DNA of 64,000 bases from Eledone cirrhosa. Taxonomy: Eukaryota. How positions within the stretch are numbered: the stretch's first letter is position 1; the number at the start of each line of letters is the position of its first letter. The stretch lies in assembly GCA_964016885.1 (NCBI GenBank), contig OZ024740.1:172546001-172610000 (forward strand). The letters are read 5' to 3'. The notes beneath the pieces were generated by a model. That model ran no database searches. It saw only the letters and a program-made list of their open reading frames with translations, and had not been told where the DNA came from. Positions 24,885-37,562 of this stretch are shown here, piece after piece. Position numbers and translations under genes: made by a program.

Positions 24885-25974
24885 CTGTGTATGCAATAAA
24901 TTTGATTTAACTTAAATGTATTTGTCTTTCCAAAAACATTTTTGTATATTTCATATATTGGAGATACCATATTCTTTATGTTCTCGGGGTCTCAAAAAGG
25001 ACTTATTCCGGCCCTGGTAATGGAATGATAAGGTGACAGAGTGTTATATGGAGAAAGTTTGATTGATATTTCGGTCGAACACGTAGAAGTATGTCACAGG
25101 TTTTATTGATTGTTGTTGAAGTATTTTTGCATCAAGCCTTAATCAATACAGAATATGAAACTTGAAAATGTTAATTGTTCTTCTTATTGTGATACGTGTT
25201 TGAGTCATAGCTGGGTCATCATTGGATTTATAGAACTACCATTTAGTTTACAAAGTTTGTGAGAATGATAATTATGTAATTCCTCTTTCTCCCAAACTTT
25301 TTAAACGAGTAGTTAAACTATTTCGAGCAAGAACCGAAACTGGGTCACAGACTGTGTCCTATAGGAGTTTGCACAAGGCAACTTGTCTCTAGTTGGTCAC
25401 TTTATCTGCTAGAGATAACAATTAAATCACACCCTATTGATTTCAAAGCGGAAGGTCTCCTCTGGCGATAATCCAAGATGTACAAAATACTTGATGATTA
25501 CGGCTAGAATATCTGTGATCATAAGTCTGTCATGATCAGATATGAAGTGAGGAGAAAGAACAGCGACGCAACGAATTTAGCCTTTACATGGTCATTCAAC
25601 CTGCTATAAATAGCAGTCATATCACCCTCAAATCATACACTATTGTCTTTAAATAAGGAAGAAGACATTTGACACACTATACTGGAAGAATAAAACGACT
25701 GTACGATCCTGACTTGAGCCTTTTTGAACATAAGTCTGTTTAAGTAGAGGCTGATCCGGAACTAAGAACAACAGCAGTGTACAATAATTGCAAGGACGTT
25801 AAAAAAAACGAAAATCAATAAGTCAATAGGTCACACAAAATGTGCCTATCTACCAGTGCTGGATTCAAACCTGTCAACTCTCTCCGTCCGACGGGGAGAT
25901 CTCCCACCCACTTTGGAGTGGGTGAGAGATGTCTTCTCTTGTGAAAATGAGTATAGCTTTCATTATGTAAAATA

Positions 25975-26250
25975 TAATTTCTGCCTGACCAACAACCGCT
26001 CTGCATAATCAGCTCCTGATTATTTACTAGATTTCTATAAGAATATAACATCAATGATCTCAGCAAACAGGTGGGGTAGTTGGCCTTGATAAGCTTCAAC
26101 CAAAGCGAAACAAGTCTTGTCGGCTTATCTCCCCTGTTTGCTGAGATCAAAGTGAGTGAATTTGTCACTACTTTAAAACAATAGCTTACGGTCTTCAAAA
26201 TGCTTTTAATTAAGCATAAAGTGTATTGCAAAATACATTATATATACATC
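25975..26250 (+). mobile_element. Family D pLTR-like element with decayed hammerhead
   Basis: Homologous to 62790-63060. Reads GCC TTGATAA GCTT caacca AAGC GAAA CAAG t CTTG TC GGC, enclosed by a 17-bp helix (26055-26071 / 26133-26149). Confidence 0.7.
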
Positions 26251-26275
26251 CATATATATATATATATATATATAC

Positions 26276-26715
26276 AATATATTAACAAATGGAAACTATA
26301 TTTATAAAACCATATTTATTTTATTATACATATTTCAGGGGCCACCAAGGCAAATTATGGTGCGCTTTCATCAGATAAAATAAAGTACAGATTAGTTTTA
26401 TAAATAAATATTGACATACCCTGAAAAAAAGACATACCCAGGAAGCACCAACCGTTTAGGTTGTCTTTTTTTCAGGGTATGTCAATATTTATTTATAAAA
26501 CTAATCTGTATTTTATTTTATCTGATGAAAGCGCACCATAATTTGCCTTGGTGGCCCCTAAAATATGTATAATAAAATAAATATGGTTTTATAAATATAG
26601 TTTCCATTTGTTAATATATTGTATATTTACTCCACCACTGTTGAGTGCTTTATATCATTTATAAAAAAATGTTTAAGCTTGTTGAATCCCAACAAATTAA
26701 ATATAACTTCTGCAT
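26276..26715. mobile_element. Family A fold-back element
   Basis: Near-perfect inverted arms of about 160 bp (26276-26435 / 26462-26621) plus the 3' extension shared with other family A copies. Confidence 0.88.
26315..26384 (-). ncRNA. Type I hammerhead ribozyme (family A)
   Basis: TTTATTTTAT CTGATGA aagcgCACCA taatttgcct TGGTGgcccct GAAA TATGTA TA ATAAAATAAA, with a 10-bp stem I. The mirror copy at 26512-26581 (+) has GAAA changed to AAAA. Confidence 0.75.
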
Positions 26716-26744
26716 ATATATAGAGAGAGATATATATATATATA

Positions 26745-26871
26745 GCAAGTGTGGTAAGAAACCAGGTAGACCATAACGCACCAGAGTACTCGATACCTTA
26801 GGTAGCTGGCTTAATTCGGATCTAGATGTCGAAACGGCTGGAGCTCAGCTGTCGGGGTCCTGACTCTTTTC
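26745..26871. mobile_element. Family B element, deleted form
   Basis: Inverted tail (GTGTGGTAAGAAACCAGG..) joined to GTCGAAACGGCTG GAGCT CAGCTGTC GGGGTC. Flanked by (TA)n. Confidence 0.7.
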
Positions 26872-26938
<67 letters not shown>

Positions 26939-27268
26939 TGCTGGTGTAAGTAGCTATGTGCTGGTGTATGTATGATGCCAAGCGGCACACTTACACACGT
27001 CCAAAATACTGGCCGTTAATGCTGTGGAATTTTAATTCATCTTTAATGGATATACCAGAAGTCACAGCGGTCAACAAGCAGTTGACCTAATTATAGTCGC
27101 AGACAATAATTGGTAAAGTTAGCCAAACTGACCTACCGACTTGAAGCAGCCACGGAGCCTTATGGTGCCTGGCACATCTTCAAAGAAATTCCTATATTTT
27201 AAAAAAATTTACTCTTTTCTCTTATTTCTGTATTCATTCCATTTTTCATATTTTCTCTTATACTCTCC

Positions 27269-27335
<67 letters not shown>

Positions 27336-27337
<2 letters not shown>

Positions 27338-29916
27338 TTTCTTTTATTTGCCACTAGGGCATCAAAAGTGGGACAAGTACAAAGGGGGGAGTTTACACAA
27401 AAAGGCGTCCTCAATAAGGAGGAGGCAATAACAAAATATAAAAATAAAATAAGATATAACAAAAAATAAAATTTTTAACAAAATCCTCAATAGAGAGGAG
27501 GCGCCTTGGGGGGTCGCACACACCCCCGAAAAAAGTGTGCAACCCTTTTCCTCAGGAGCACAGAGAGGGGGTGCTCCCTCGTTCCTTCCTCTTTTCCACC
27601 TACAGGCTTATGTAAAGAGAAGGCCCATTCACACGGGCCATTCTCGCCACTTTCACCCACCTTTCATAAAAACGACTGGGGTGCAGCACCTCTCTCTCCA
27701 TCCTGATCCTTCTTCCGAAATGATATCGGAAGAAACGGACCAGTTGTTGGCCAGAGAGAAAGGTGCCTGACCTCAGTCCTTTCAGACGCGTCCACCATAC
27801 AACCTCTTTCGCCATGGCTATTACGCACAGAAACACCGCCTCTGCTTCATCTTTGAAGGGGGGAGGCGGCTTGATCATTACAATAGACTCGGTGGTCAAC
27901 CGGATCGGTCCCACCCTTGACAGCAGTTGTTCGACATAGCCCCACAGATCGGCTACGCCCGAGCAGTGTACCAATGCGTGTGCAACGGTTTCCTCGTCGC
28001 ACACGCATCTGGGACAGATCTTTTTGGCGGGGTCCCTACCCGGGCGCCCGTGTCTGTAGAGCCTTTCTCGAACGGGTAAAGCCCCTCGGTAGCACTGCCA
28101 GGCCAGGGACTTCTGGAAGTTGTCCATAGGTCCCGGGCTGAATGTCCTACCGAACAGGCTGGCCAGTTCGTCCTCCTCCATGTCTAGGGCTTCTCCGAGG
28201 GCGTCGTCGCACCTGCTGCGTACCAGCCCTCTATAGAATGTTGCGGTGGAGTCTCCACTGATAACCGGATCCGCCTGCCAGAGGGCGGTGAGCGCCTGGG
28301 CACACTCAGTGTGCCAGGCGCCCAGTTTTCTCGGTCTTTGCTTTACCCAGGATTGCAGCTCGGTGAGTGAGACGAGTCTGGGAAAGGTTCGTCTCACAAA
28401 CGAGGCCCACACCGGTTGTCCGGTGAGGAATACGTAGAGGTGCCGTAGCCTTAATGCGTGTTTACGCATCATTAGCCACGGCATCCCCAGCCCTCCTTTC
28501 GAAGGGTGTTGACAGCAGATGGATCTCCTCACCATAGGAGCCCGCCTCTTCCAAAGGAATTGGAAGAGCGCGCGCTCCATCTTGGTGAGGGTTTCCCTTG
28601 GGCAGGGCACTACGGTCAGGCGGTAGTAGATGACGGACGCTATATAAGTGTTCGCCACCTCCGCCCGACCTTTCAGGGATAGTTTGCAACTGGCCCACTT
28701 CTGGGTCAGTGCAAACACCCTGTTCGTAACCTCCGCCCAGTTTTTCTCCACCTGGAGGTCCGGTCCGAACCAGACCCCGAGCAACTTCACCGGGCCCTCC
28801 GTCCAGCGTCCGACGACGCCATCAGAGGGCATCGGTCTGCCCCTCCACGTGCCGAGTTGCAAACCGATCGACTTGTCCCGGTTCAGCTTAGCCCCTGTGA
28901 ACTTTTCGTACTCCTCCAGTAAGGTGCCGACCGCCTCGATTTCGGAGGCCGTCGACACCATTACTGTCACATCATCGGCGTAGGCTGACACCGCTTTCCG
29001 CAATCCCGGTTCCAAAGGGATGCCCTGCAACAACTCCAACTTCCGCAGTAGTGGCTCGAGAGTCAACACATACAGAAGGGAGGAGAGAGGGCACCCTTGT
29101 CGGATGGACCGCGCGATTTTGAACGGCTCCGAGAGGTAGCCGTTCACCTTGACCCTAGAGCAGATGCGACTGCTGTGCATAGCAGTGATCCAGCCCCTGA
29201 AAACGGGTCCGAAGCCTGCCGCCGCTAGCACCGCATCCAGGTAACCATGGTCGACCCTATCGAACGCCTTAGATTGATCCAAGTTGATCAGAGCCCCACC
29301 AAAGCCGGGTTCGTTCCCAACCCTCTCTATGATGTATCGCATGAGGTGGAGGTTGTCATGGATGGACCTGGACGGGATAGCGCATGTCTGCGCATCTCCC
29401 ACCAGGTTGCCCACGACAAGCGCCAACCTCTTTGCTAGCACCTTGGCCAAAATCTGTAACTCTGTATTTAGCAGAGTTATGGGCCTGAAGTTACTTATTT
29501 CGTCCCCCTTGTTCTCGTCCTTCCTCACTAGCGTGACTACGCCCTTGGTCACAGTACAGGGAATTCTCCCGTTCTGTTGCCAGTTGCAGTAGACCGCCTC
29601 GAGGAGATCGGGGAACAAGTCCGGCATAGCTAGATATAATTCGTAAGGAAGACCATCGAGACCCGGGGATTTGCGTTTGCCGCATTGGCTCAGCACGTCC
29701 TCTATCTCAGCGGCCGAAATCGGCTCCTCGCAGGACTTCGCCTCCCTGTCCGAGAGGCGCGGCAGGCCGTCGAGGTATGGACCGAAGTCCACGTTCCCAA
29801 CCGGCTCCCCGCCCCTCCCGAACAGTCGGGCAAAGTGCCTTTGAAAGGCCTCACACATCTGCTTAGGCTCAAGAATCGCCCGTCCATCCAGGTCTCGCAA
29901 AGACCGGATGGTGGAT
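27336..29916 (-). mobile_element. 5'-truncated Tx1/L1-clade LINE inserted in (TA)n
   Basis: Uninterrupted RT ORF, a 3' UTR with AATAAA, and (TA)n at both ends. The APE domain is missing. Confidence 0.92.
27600..29900 (-). CDS. Tx1/L1-clade ORF2 (RT plus C-terminal CCHC), N-terminally truncated
   Basis: KSPGLDGLPYE, FRPITLLN, LDQSKAFDRVDH, IRQGCPLS, AYADDV, LSLKGR, GGLG.P and CPRC..ET..HA...C. Confidence 0.9.
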   Translation of the reverse strand: MRDLDGRAILEPKQMCEAFQRHFARLFGRGGEPVGNVDFGPYLDGLPRLSDREAKSCEEPISAAEIEDVLSQCGKRKSPGLDGLPYELYLAMPDLFPDLLEAVYCNWQQNGRIPCTVTKGVVTLVRKDENKGDEISNFRPITLLNTELQILAKVLAKRLALVVGNLVGDAQTCAIPSRSIHDNLHLMRYIIERVGNEPGFGGALINLDQSKAFDRVDHGYLDAVLAAAGFGPVFRGWITAMHSSRICSRVKVNGYLSEPFKIARSIRQGCPLSSLLYVLTLEPLLRKLELLQGIPLEPGLRKAVSAYADDVTVMVSTASEIEAVGTLLEEYEKFTGAKLNRDKSIGLQLGTWRGRPMPSDGVVGRWTEGPVKLLGVWFGPDLQVEKNWAEVTNRVFALTQKWASCKLSLKGRAEVANTYIASVIYYRLTVVPCPRETLTKMERALFQFLWKRRAPMVRRSICCQHPSKGGLGMPWLMMRKHALRLRHLYVFLTGQPVWASFVRRTFPRLVSLTELQSWVKQRPRKLGAWHTECAQALTALWQADPVISGDSTATFYRGLVRSRCDDALGEALDMEEDELASLFGRTFSPGPMDNFQKSLAWQCYRGALPVRERLYRHGRPGRDPAKKICPRCVCDEETVAHALVHCSGVADLWGYVEQLLSRVGPIRLTTESIVMIKPPPPFKDEAEAVFLCVIAMAKEVVWWTRLKGLRSGTFLSGQQLVRFFRYHFGRRIRMEREVLHPSRFYERWVKVARMARVNGPSLYISL

Positions 29917-30100
29917 TTATATATATATATATATATATATATGAAAAAGTGAGTCCTTCATCAGTGACCCTCCAACCGTCCTCGGCATTTCATCGCTTTA
30001 AGGGCCATATGCCTCAGGTTGGTGCGAACAACGGCTAAAAAAAGTCGTTGGGTTTTTTTTTTATTTACTTTAAAACTTTTTCTCTATTTTCTAGACCTTG

Positions 30101-30160
<60 letters not shown>

Positions 30161-30163
<3 letters not shown>

Positions 30164-30304
30164 AGAGTCAGGACCTCGACGGCTGAGCTCCGGTCGTTTC
30201 GACAGCTACATCAAAACTAGCTGCAAAACTAGCTGTCGAAACGGCCGGAGCTCAGCCGTCGGGATCCTGATTCTTTTCCTATTACCTACTCTACTACCCT
30301 AGGT
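30161..30304 (+). mobile_element. Family B fold-back element, left part
   Basis: Inverted arms 30161-30208 / 30230-30277. The tail is interrupted at about 30304 and resumes at about 31593. Confidence 0.75.
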
Positions 30305-31222
30305 ACCTCGTGCCGCGTCCTCGTCAGCAGGATTCTTCAAAACACAATATAACCTGTGATCAGAGAACGTGAGGCCGCCTGTGAGACGTGGGACCGGCTG
30401 GGACTTAGCCCACTAGACGTCCCTCCTCCTCCTCCCCCTGTTGACGTCAAGTCCCCCCCCCCAAAAGCACTTGGGATGCCATCCAGTGCAGCCTTGCCTC
30501 AGACAGGCTCACGCGCCAGCTCGACAATCACCACCTGGCCTGCTTTCGTGCGGCCTCCAAACCCTACAGTGGTGCTTGGCTCCATGCCCTGCCCTCCTTC
30601 TCCACTGGCACGTAGCTAGACAACAATAGCCTGCGCATCGGCGTTTCCTTGAGGCTCGGTCTCCGGATCTGCGAGCCACACCAATGTCGCTGCGGATCCA
30701 CCGTGGACTCTTTCGGCCTCCACCCGCTTTCCTGTCAGCACAGTGCCGGCCGCCTTCCACGCCATGCTGCCCTCAACGAGGTCATAAGGCATGGCTTGGA
30801 CGCTGCGGGCTACCGTTCCCAGCTCGAGCCGGTAGGGCTGGTCCGAGGAACGGCAAAAGGCCAGATGGAATGACCATCTTTCCGTTCCGCGGTGGCAAAT
30901 CCCTCGTCTGGTATGCCACTTGCACCGACACTTTCTGCAGTCGCAACCTGGTGCAGTCTGCGACTAACCCAGGTTCTGCTGCACGTCGGGCTGAGGAGGC
31001 GAAACTCTTCAAATACCGGTCGCTCTCCGACAGGTTTGCGGTTGTACCCCTGGCAGTGGGGACTTCTGGTGTCCTCGGCCCAGGGCTACCTTCCTACTCA
31101 CCACCATAGGCGCTGAGCGGGCCAGCCGCAGGTGTGAACCCCGCGAGTTGGAATGGCTTTTCCAGCGCGTCACCCTTGCCGTCCTCCGGGGAAACGCCTT
31201 CTCCATCCTGTCCGCCGGGGCT
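30305..31222 (+). mobile_element. CRE-clade (RLE) non-LTR retrotransposon 3' fragment, frameshifted
   Basis: [80 protein letters not shown], and LAVLRGNA. Ends at (TG)n. Confidence 0.85.
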
Positions 31223-31314
31223 GTGTGTGTGTGTGTGTGTGTGGGGGGGGGGCATCGTGTACAATTCCATATTTAAGCATGTGCACTATCATATACGTTC
31301 TGACAAAGGTTATT

Positions 31315-31505
31315 ATGGTGGATTGGCAGTATCGGTAGAGGGTCGGACGCCATGCTTTGCAGCATACAGTTACCTCCATTTATGATCTGAGTTCAAATCC
31401 CGCCAAGGTTAACTTTGCCTTTCATCCTTACAGGGTCGATAAAATAAAGTACCAGTAATACACTGGGATAATTACTGGCCTTGTGCCAAAAGTAGAAACA
31501 ATTAT
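31315..31505 (+). mobile_element. SINE S1 copy
   Basis: Full-length head, core and tail. Confidence 0.85.
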
Positions 31506-31592
31506 AACAAATTAATCTTTTAAGAGAGAAACTAGGATTCCACTGCGACCACCACTACCATCACTGCTACCACTACCACCACTGCTACTGCT

Positions 31593-31650
31593 AGTATCGA
31601 GTACTCTGGTGCGTTATGGTCCACCTGGTTCCTTATCACACTTCCTTCGT
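31593..31650 (+). mobile_element. Family B 3' tail, right part of the split element
   Basis: AGTATCGAGTACTCTGGTGCGTTATGGTCCACCTGGTTCCTTATCACACTTCCTTCGT(TA)n continues the sequence broken at 30304. Confidence 0.7.
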
Positions 31651-33869
31651 TATATATATATATATATATGCGTGTTTTGCTCTGTCTATTCCGTTATTAA
31701 GTATGTCAAGTGGGAAGGCTCTTAAGGTAAGTGAGTTTTTTTATTTCATTTAGTCTTTGTTCCTGTTTAGTTGGGTCTGATCCTATGGTGCATATACGTT
31801 TGGCTAAGTTTTGACTATTCCTGAAAATAATTTTGTTCTGTGAAAAAACACAACTACCAACACTACTTCTACTACTACTACTATGACTATCTCTCTCTCT
31901 ATATATAAGGCTCCATTTTAGACCCGGTCGTCACAACAAGAAAGATGAACAGACCTTTTCAACACTTAATTTTAAATTTTGAATTTTTATTCTTTTAAAT
32001 TCTTTTTAATTGTAATATTCAACATTTGATAAGATGGTTCAAATTGATATATCGAAACCGGTTATATTTTATATACCTTATAAAACTCCTTTTTTAAAAA
32101 GAATTGTTCTCATCATTTTTTCAATAATGTCGCTTTGACAAATAAACAAGAAAATAAACCGAAGAAAAATACAAAAGGCAAACCTTGGTATCCAACATAA
32201 AAATAAAATAAATAAATAAGTGGACCTCCATCGGCTTCGATGATGAAGTTTCTGTTGTTCGATAAACAAAAACATGTTACTCATTAAATTAACGTGTAAG
32301 TGGTTGAGTATTCCGTAGACATGTGAACCCTAACGTAGTTCTCGAGGAGAATCAGCGTCTAACAAATTTGACTCGTATGGCTTGGCTCTATCACAGCATC
32401 ACAGGCTGCACTGAGACAGCATGAACTAACCACATGCACAATACAAAAGCACTGAAATGAAAGCTCATCGAAATATGCGCGAAGCGCATTTTTGTATTTA
32501 TTACTCTAACCCTTAAAAAATGCCTTGAATTGGGAACGCCCTCAGTGCGTCGTATTAAATGTCTCACGGTATTTGTTATAGTTCTCTGATCTCTAAATTA
32601 AAATCCCGACGAAGTAAACTTCGCCTTTTACTATTCCAGGGTTGATAATAAAGTACAATTCCTGAGCGATGTCTTGGGAGAATTGTTAGAGCCTCGGATA
32701 CATTACAGTATCTCATTTGAGCCTTTATGTTCTGATTTCACTTTCGGCGTCACTGAAAGCCTATATGTGGTCGCTCAGCTTACTAGAACTAATGACAAAA
32801 TATTACTGTCTTAGAAAATGTGGATTGACTGAAATGACATTTCTTTTCGACCCTTTAGGCTCAAATCACGTCGAGATAAACTTCGCTTTTCATCCTTCTG
32901 TGGTCGATAAAATAAATTCCTATTCAAGTACTAAGTTCGTTTTGATATTCCTATAATGGAAACCGAAACAATGGAACTTACATTTTTGAAAAGATACAAT
33001 GTATATATAACGTTTACATATCTTAAAATTCATTTATACAAGAAATAAGATTTGTGAGTATTTCTTCATGATTGCCAGACATTACAGTCTGTTCGTACAG
33101 AAAAGGCGGTGGATTTGCGGAGGCGTTAGAAGATCGGATAAATGCTTAGCAGTACATTTCGGCTCTTTATTTTGCTTGTCATCCTTGCGGTCAATTTTGC
33201 TTGTGAAATGATAAAATAAAGTACCCGTCAAGTACGATATAATTCGCACTTCCCCTCCCAAAATAACTGGCTTTGCACCAGAATTAGAAGCCATAATTAT
33301 TCGTACAGATACAAAACATCGCCCATCGCAGTTAATTATTTGTGTGTATATGAACATTGCCATCGCTTCAATTTGCGGTATTGAATCTGAACTTCATGTG
33401 TATGTTTTCCATTACCTAATTCAACATACAAAGCTCAACCATACAAGAGGAAATGCATATCTAGTAGTATCTTCTATGTCATAATGGCCCAAATTGTTTC
33501 GTAGGAAATCTTGCTTTCGTTTTATCCAAATTAACTTTCATTTCTTTTACATTTTATTTTCATCACTTCCTTATTTTTCTATTTCTATTTCTGTCACAGT
33601 TTACTGTACTTTCACTTTCTTTTTAGGTACACTAAAATAAGATTTATTCCATAATTATATATTCATGTACACACCTATATATCGTTATGTTTCCTTTGTA
33701 AACAAATACTTGTTATAACGAGACTTAAATATTGCAGTTCTGCTAGATCAGGATTGACCTGTAACTAAACAACAATGGGCTTACAGAAATAGATTGGACT
33801 GTGCGAAGAATATAAAATATGCAGATTGTTACACAATGGCTAGTTGTTTGTTAGACATTTTTAGGCACT

Positions 33870-34083
33870 TAACATACCTCTCAGGGAGATTCAGCGTGAC
33901 ACAGTGTGTGAGAAGGCCCCTTGAATTACAGGCACAACTCATTTTTGACTGCTAATTGAACTGGGGCAAAGTGAAATAAAGTGTCTTGCTCAAGGACACA
34001 AAACACCGCCCGAAGCGAGAATCGAAATATCGACTTTACGAGCGTAAGTCGAACACCCTAACCACTGAGCCACACGCCTTCAC
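33870..34083 (-). mobile_element. SINE S2 copy
   Basis: Reverse complement begins GTGAAGGCGTGTGGCTCAGTGGTTAGG and contains GTGTCCTTGAGCAAGACACTTTATTTCAC. Confidence 0.75.
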
Positions 34084-34132
34084 ATACATACATACATACA
34101 TACATACATACATACATACATACATACATACA

Positions 34133-34161
<29 letters not shown>

Positions 34162-34163
<2 letters not shown>

Positions 34164-35274
34164 GGATGTTAGAACTCGTAAACTTCTCAGTGTTACTGGG
34201 AACTTTAACATCAATGGTGATGTGGATAGGCTATACTTCTCACGCAAGGAAGGTGGCCGGGGTCTAAAATCAATATTAACAACATATGAAACCCGGATAG
34301 TAACACTGAAGCAACACCTTCAACAGAGGAAAAAGGTTGGCGACCATCTTGCTCAGGTTTATGAGCATGAAAAAAGAAATATCATTAGAATAGCGACTGA
34401 TCTGGAGGAGAGATATGGAATAAAGCCCGATATAAATCTCTCACCCAGAGAAATCGGAAGATCCTATTCAATGTTCAAACAAGAAAAAAAAATTGACCAA
34501 TTTACAGAGAAAGTTGTGCATGGATACTTGAGGCGTAAAACACAGACCATAGAGGGGATAAACCACTCAAAAAGCCTGGCATGGAGTTCCGACAAGTTTA
34601 TGACATCACACCTTGAGGGATATCTCTATGCAATACAGGAACAAGAACTCCCTACCAAATATCTGCTGCACAAAAGAGGAGGGCCAGCAGCTGACAATAA
34701 ATGTAGGCTATGTAAAACAAAGATCGAGGATGTAAGCCACATTGTTGCCAGCTGCGAAAGAATGTCATCTCGCTACTACCTCCCCATGAGACACGATGGG
34801 ATAGCTAGAACTATCTGGAACGCACTTCGGAAAACAAAATTAACAACAAACGAGGAAGAATATATTGAGACAGATGGCACTAAGGAATACTGGTGGAACC
34901 TGAAAATAAAAACTGCCACCAAATTAAAGCACAACCGGCCTGATATTGTAGTTTGGGAGCACACATTGAAAACGTGTTCTGTTGTGGAGATCAGCTGCCC
35001 ACTTGATGTAAACGTTGTCAGAAAAATACAGGAGAAGGAGGACATCTACGGACCATTGATGAGGAGTTTACAAATCCAGTATCCAAGATACACCTTTAGC
35101 TTCATACCCATCATTATTGGTGCTACGGGTTATATACCAACCCGCTTGGACCAAAGTATGACCGAACTTGGATTTGCGGACAAAAAGCGCAGCTCCCTAA
35201 TTCATAGTCTACAAATGGCTGCGATAGCTGGCACCTTCAAAATATGCAAAACATTCTTGCGATTCAAGGGATGA
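34162..35274 (+). pseudogene. 5'-truncated R4/Dong-type LINE ORF (RT thumb, CCHC, RLE)
   Basis: DVDRLY..RKEGGRGL, AIQEQE, CRLCK..EDVSHI.ASC, RHD, HNRPDIVV..VVEISCP and PIIIGATG. Flanked by (CATA)n, and the 3' UTR runs to about 35370. Confidence 0.9.
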
Positions 35275-35369
35275 CAATTTCTTTTCTTTTACAACCTTGC
35301 CACCAGGAAGGTGGCCGGTCAAAAAAATATACTCGAAATTAAGAGAAAGAGAAAACATACATACATACA

Positions 35370-35770
35370 TGATTATTGGGGCACTGGGATATGTTAGTAA
35401 CTGCCTCAATACAAATCTTGAGAAGCTAGGCTTCACAGGAACAGAAAGAACACAACTAGTTAGGAAATTACAAGTACAACCCATTAATGGAACAGTAAAA
35501 ATATGTAAAACATTCCAAAAATGTTGCATCTAATAACTGCATATACACATGTACAGATGCAAAGCATATACACATGCACACATACAACTCAAAACATACA
35601 CATCCACTCATACAATAACATCCATATCTACACATGCATACATGCATATCTACCTAGTTGATGTTGTATAAATTCCAATGAGAGAGTCTTGTGTCTATGT
35701 TAGAAACCGACTCTCTCTCTATTAGTAAAACTTTGTGAAATTATAAAACCATTTGAACATACATACATAT
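35370..35770 (+). mobile_element. Second R4/Dong-type extreme 3' fragment in tandem
   Basis: IIGALGYV...LEKLGF...LVRKLQ....GTVKICKTFQK parallels the C-terminus of the preceding ORF. Ends in (CATA)n. Confidence 0.75.
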
Positions 35771-37427
35771 TTTGTTTGCTCAGTAAGGGCTGACCTTTGT
35801 CTACAGCAGTAAGGTGTATTCCAAACAGTTTACGGCAATATTGACTGGATCATTCGAACCTACGAGGAGAAAGCAATGGAAAGAACGAGAGAGGGGTGGG
35901 GGGGAGAAAGTGAAAGAGAGTATGTATGATTGAGTGAATGGGAATGAGAGAGAGAAAGTAATTTTTATGCAAAACCACTATTATTTATCTTGAAAATAAT
36001 TGCAAAGACAAGCAATTGACTCACAAGACAGCTTCAACATTTAAGACCTTTAAAGGAGTCTATTGTATTTAAATATAATTTTTTTTAAATTATAGCAATT
36101 TTGTTGTATTAATCACTAAGTTTAACACGTTCCGTATAACTGAGTTTACATCGAATCGAATAATACATATATGACTCAGATCAAAATAAAGTTGACTGAA
36201 TGAATAAACACACACAAACAGTTTTTTTTAGGCGATTCAGTCGATTTCGTCTATTCAGAAACTCGACTATAAAACGTAATAATATAGTGGGCGAAATATA
36301 AACGAAATCAGAATACAACGATCATTCTTTCAGCCAAAATTTAACCCATCAGTAGATAATAATACAAAATTTCAGGATTGAAATAGAAATAATTTAAATC
36401 TAAGTAACATATTGTAGCAATATATTTAAACCCAAGAAACATATTGTAGCAATATATTTGCTGTCCTTAGTTGTGGTGGCGTGATAAAATAAATAAATAA
36501 TATCTTAACATATCAAAGGTAGCACAAGGACATTTATTTCAGAAAATATATAACGAAAGCAAAAAGAGAAATATATTATATATCGTTGAAAGTACAATAT
36601 AAATCACAGTACTAACATTTCTTAACGCTGCAACACCTGAAGCAGAATAACCAATGATTATTTTATCTGTAAACCAAAGTTAATCAAGAACAAAATAAAT
36701 AGATAAATCAATAAATCAATGGAAAGCCAACACGTGAGTTATATAGTATTCGAATACGGTAATCAGATCAACACCTTCCAGTCTCTTGATTTCACAGCAC
36801 AAAAGCATTGCAGCAGTGGGAATTTCTTTTAGCTATAGTGGATAGTCAGGTGTCCAGTTTATTGAAATCTGTCTGACAAAGTACCCGCTCAACAGATTCT
36901 GCTTTCATCCGCTTGTGTTGAGGACTGGGATAAGTTACGTTTATTATCGAAGATTGCCCCTGCAAATCCACTCCAGACTATGCAGTAGGCTCTCATCGGG
37001 CAGGTTTTAACATAGGACGATCTTATTACTGAGTCTGAGGATGGATCTTTGACAACAACGAGGGAGCGTAGGCGAAATAATTTATTCAACAAAAAATGTA
37101 GAATTTGTTTATTTCAATATAGGAGATTTCAATATAATGGCATTACACATTTTATTCAATATCTTAAACAAATCAATGAAACAAAAAAAAAAAAATTGCT
37201 GAAATTTTCCTCAAACTGTTTCCCTGGATACTTTAGATAGAATATTGATATTTTATGTTGATACAAATTTATTGGTAAATCAATTAAATTAACTGCAGTA
37301 CTTAAAAAATATCAACCACAGCAAAATTTTAAGTTTCTGGGCTAAGTGTTTCTGTCATTCCATCAAAATAGAGCAGCTAAATCTCCTTCAAACAGCACTC
37401 TGCTTAATGAATTGGGAAGAAACATTA

Positions 37428-37562
37428 AATAATTGTTTCTACTTTTTGGCACAAGACCAGCAATTCCCCAGTGCATTACTGGTACTTTATTTTATCGACC
37501 CCGTAAGGATGAAAGGCAAAGTTAACCTCGGCGGGATTTGAACTCAGACCATAAAGGACCGT
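37428..37562 (-). mobile_element. SINE S1, 5'-truncated
   Basis: Tail, core and B-box are present. Confidence 0.8.
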
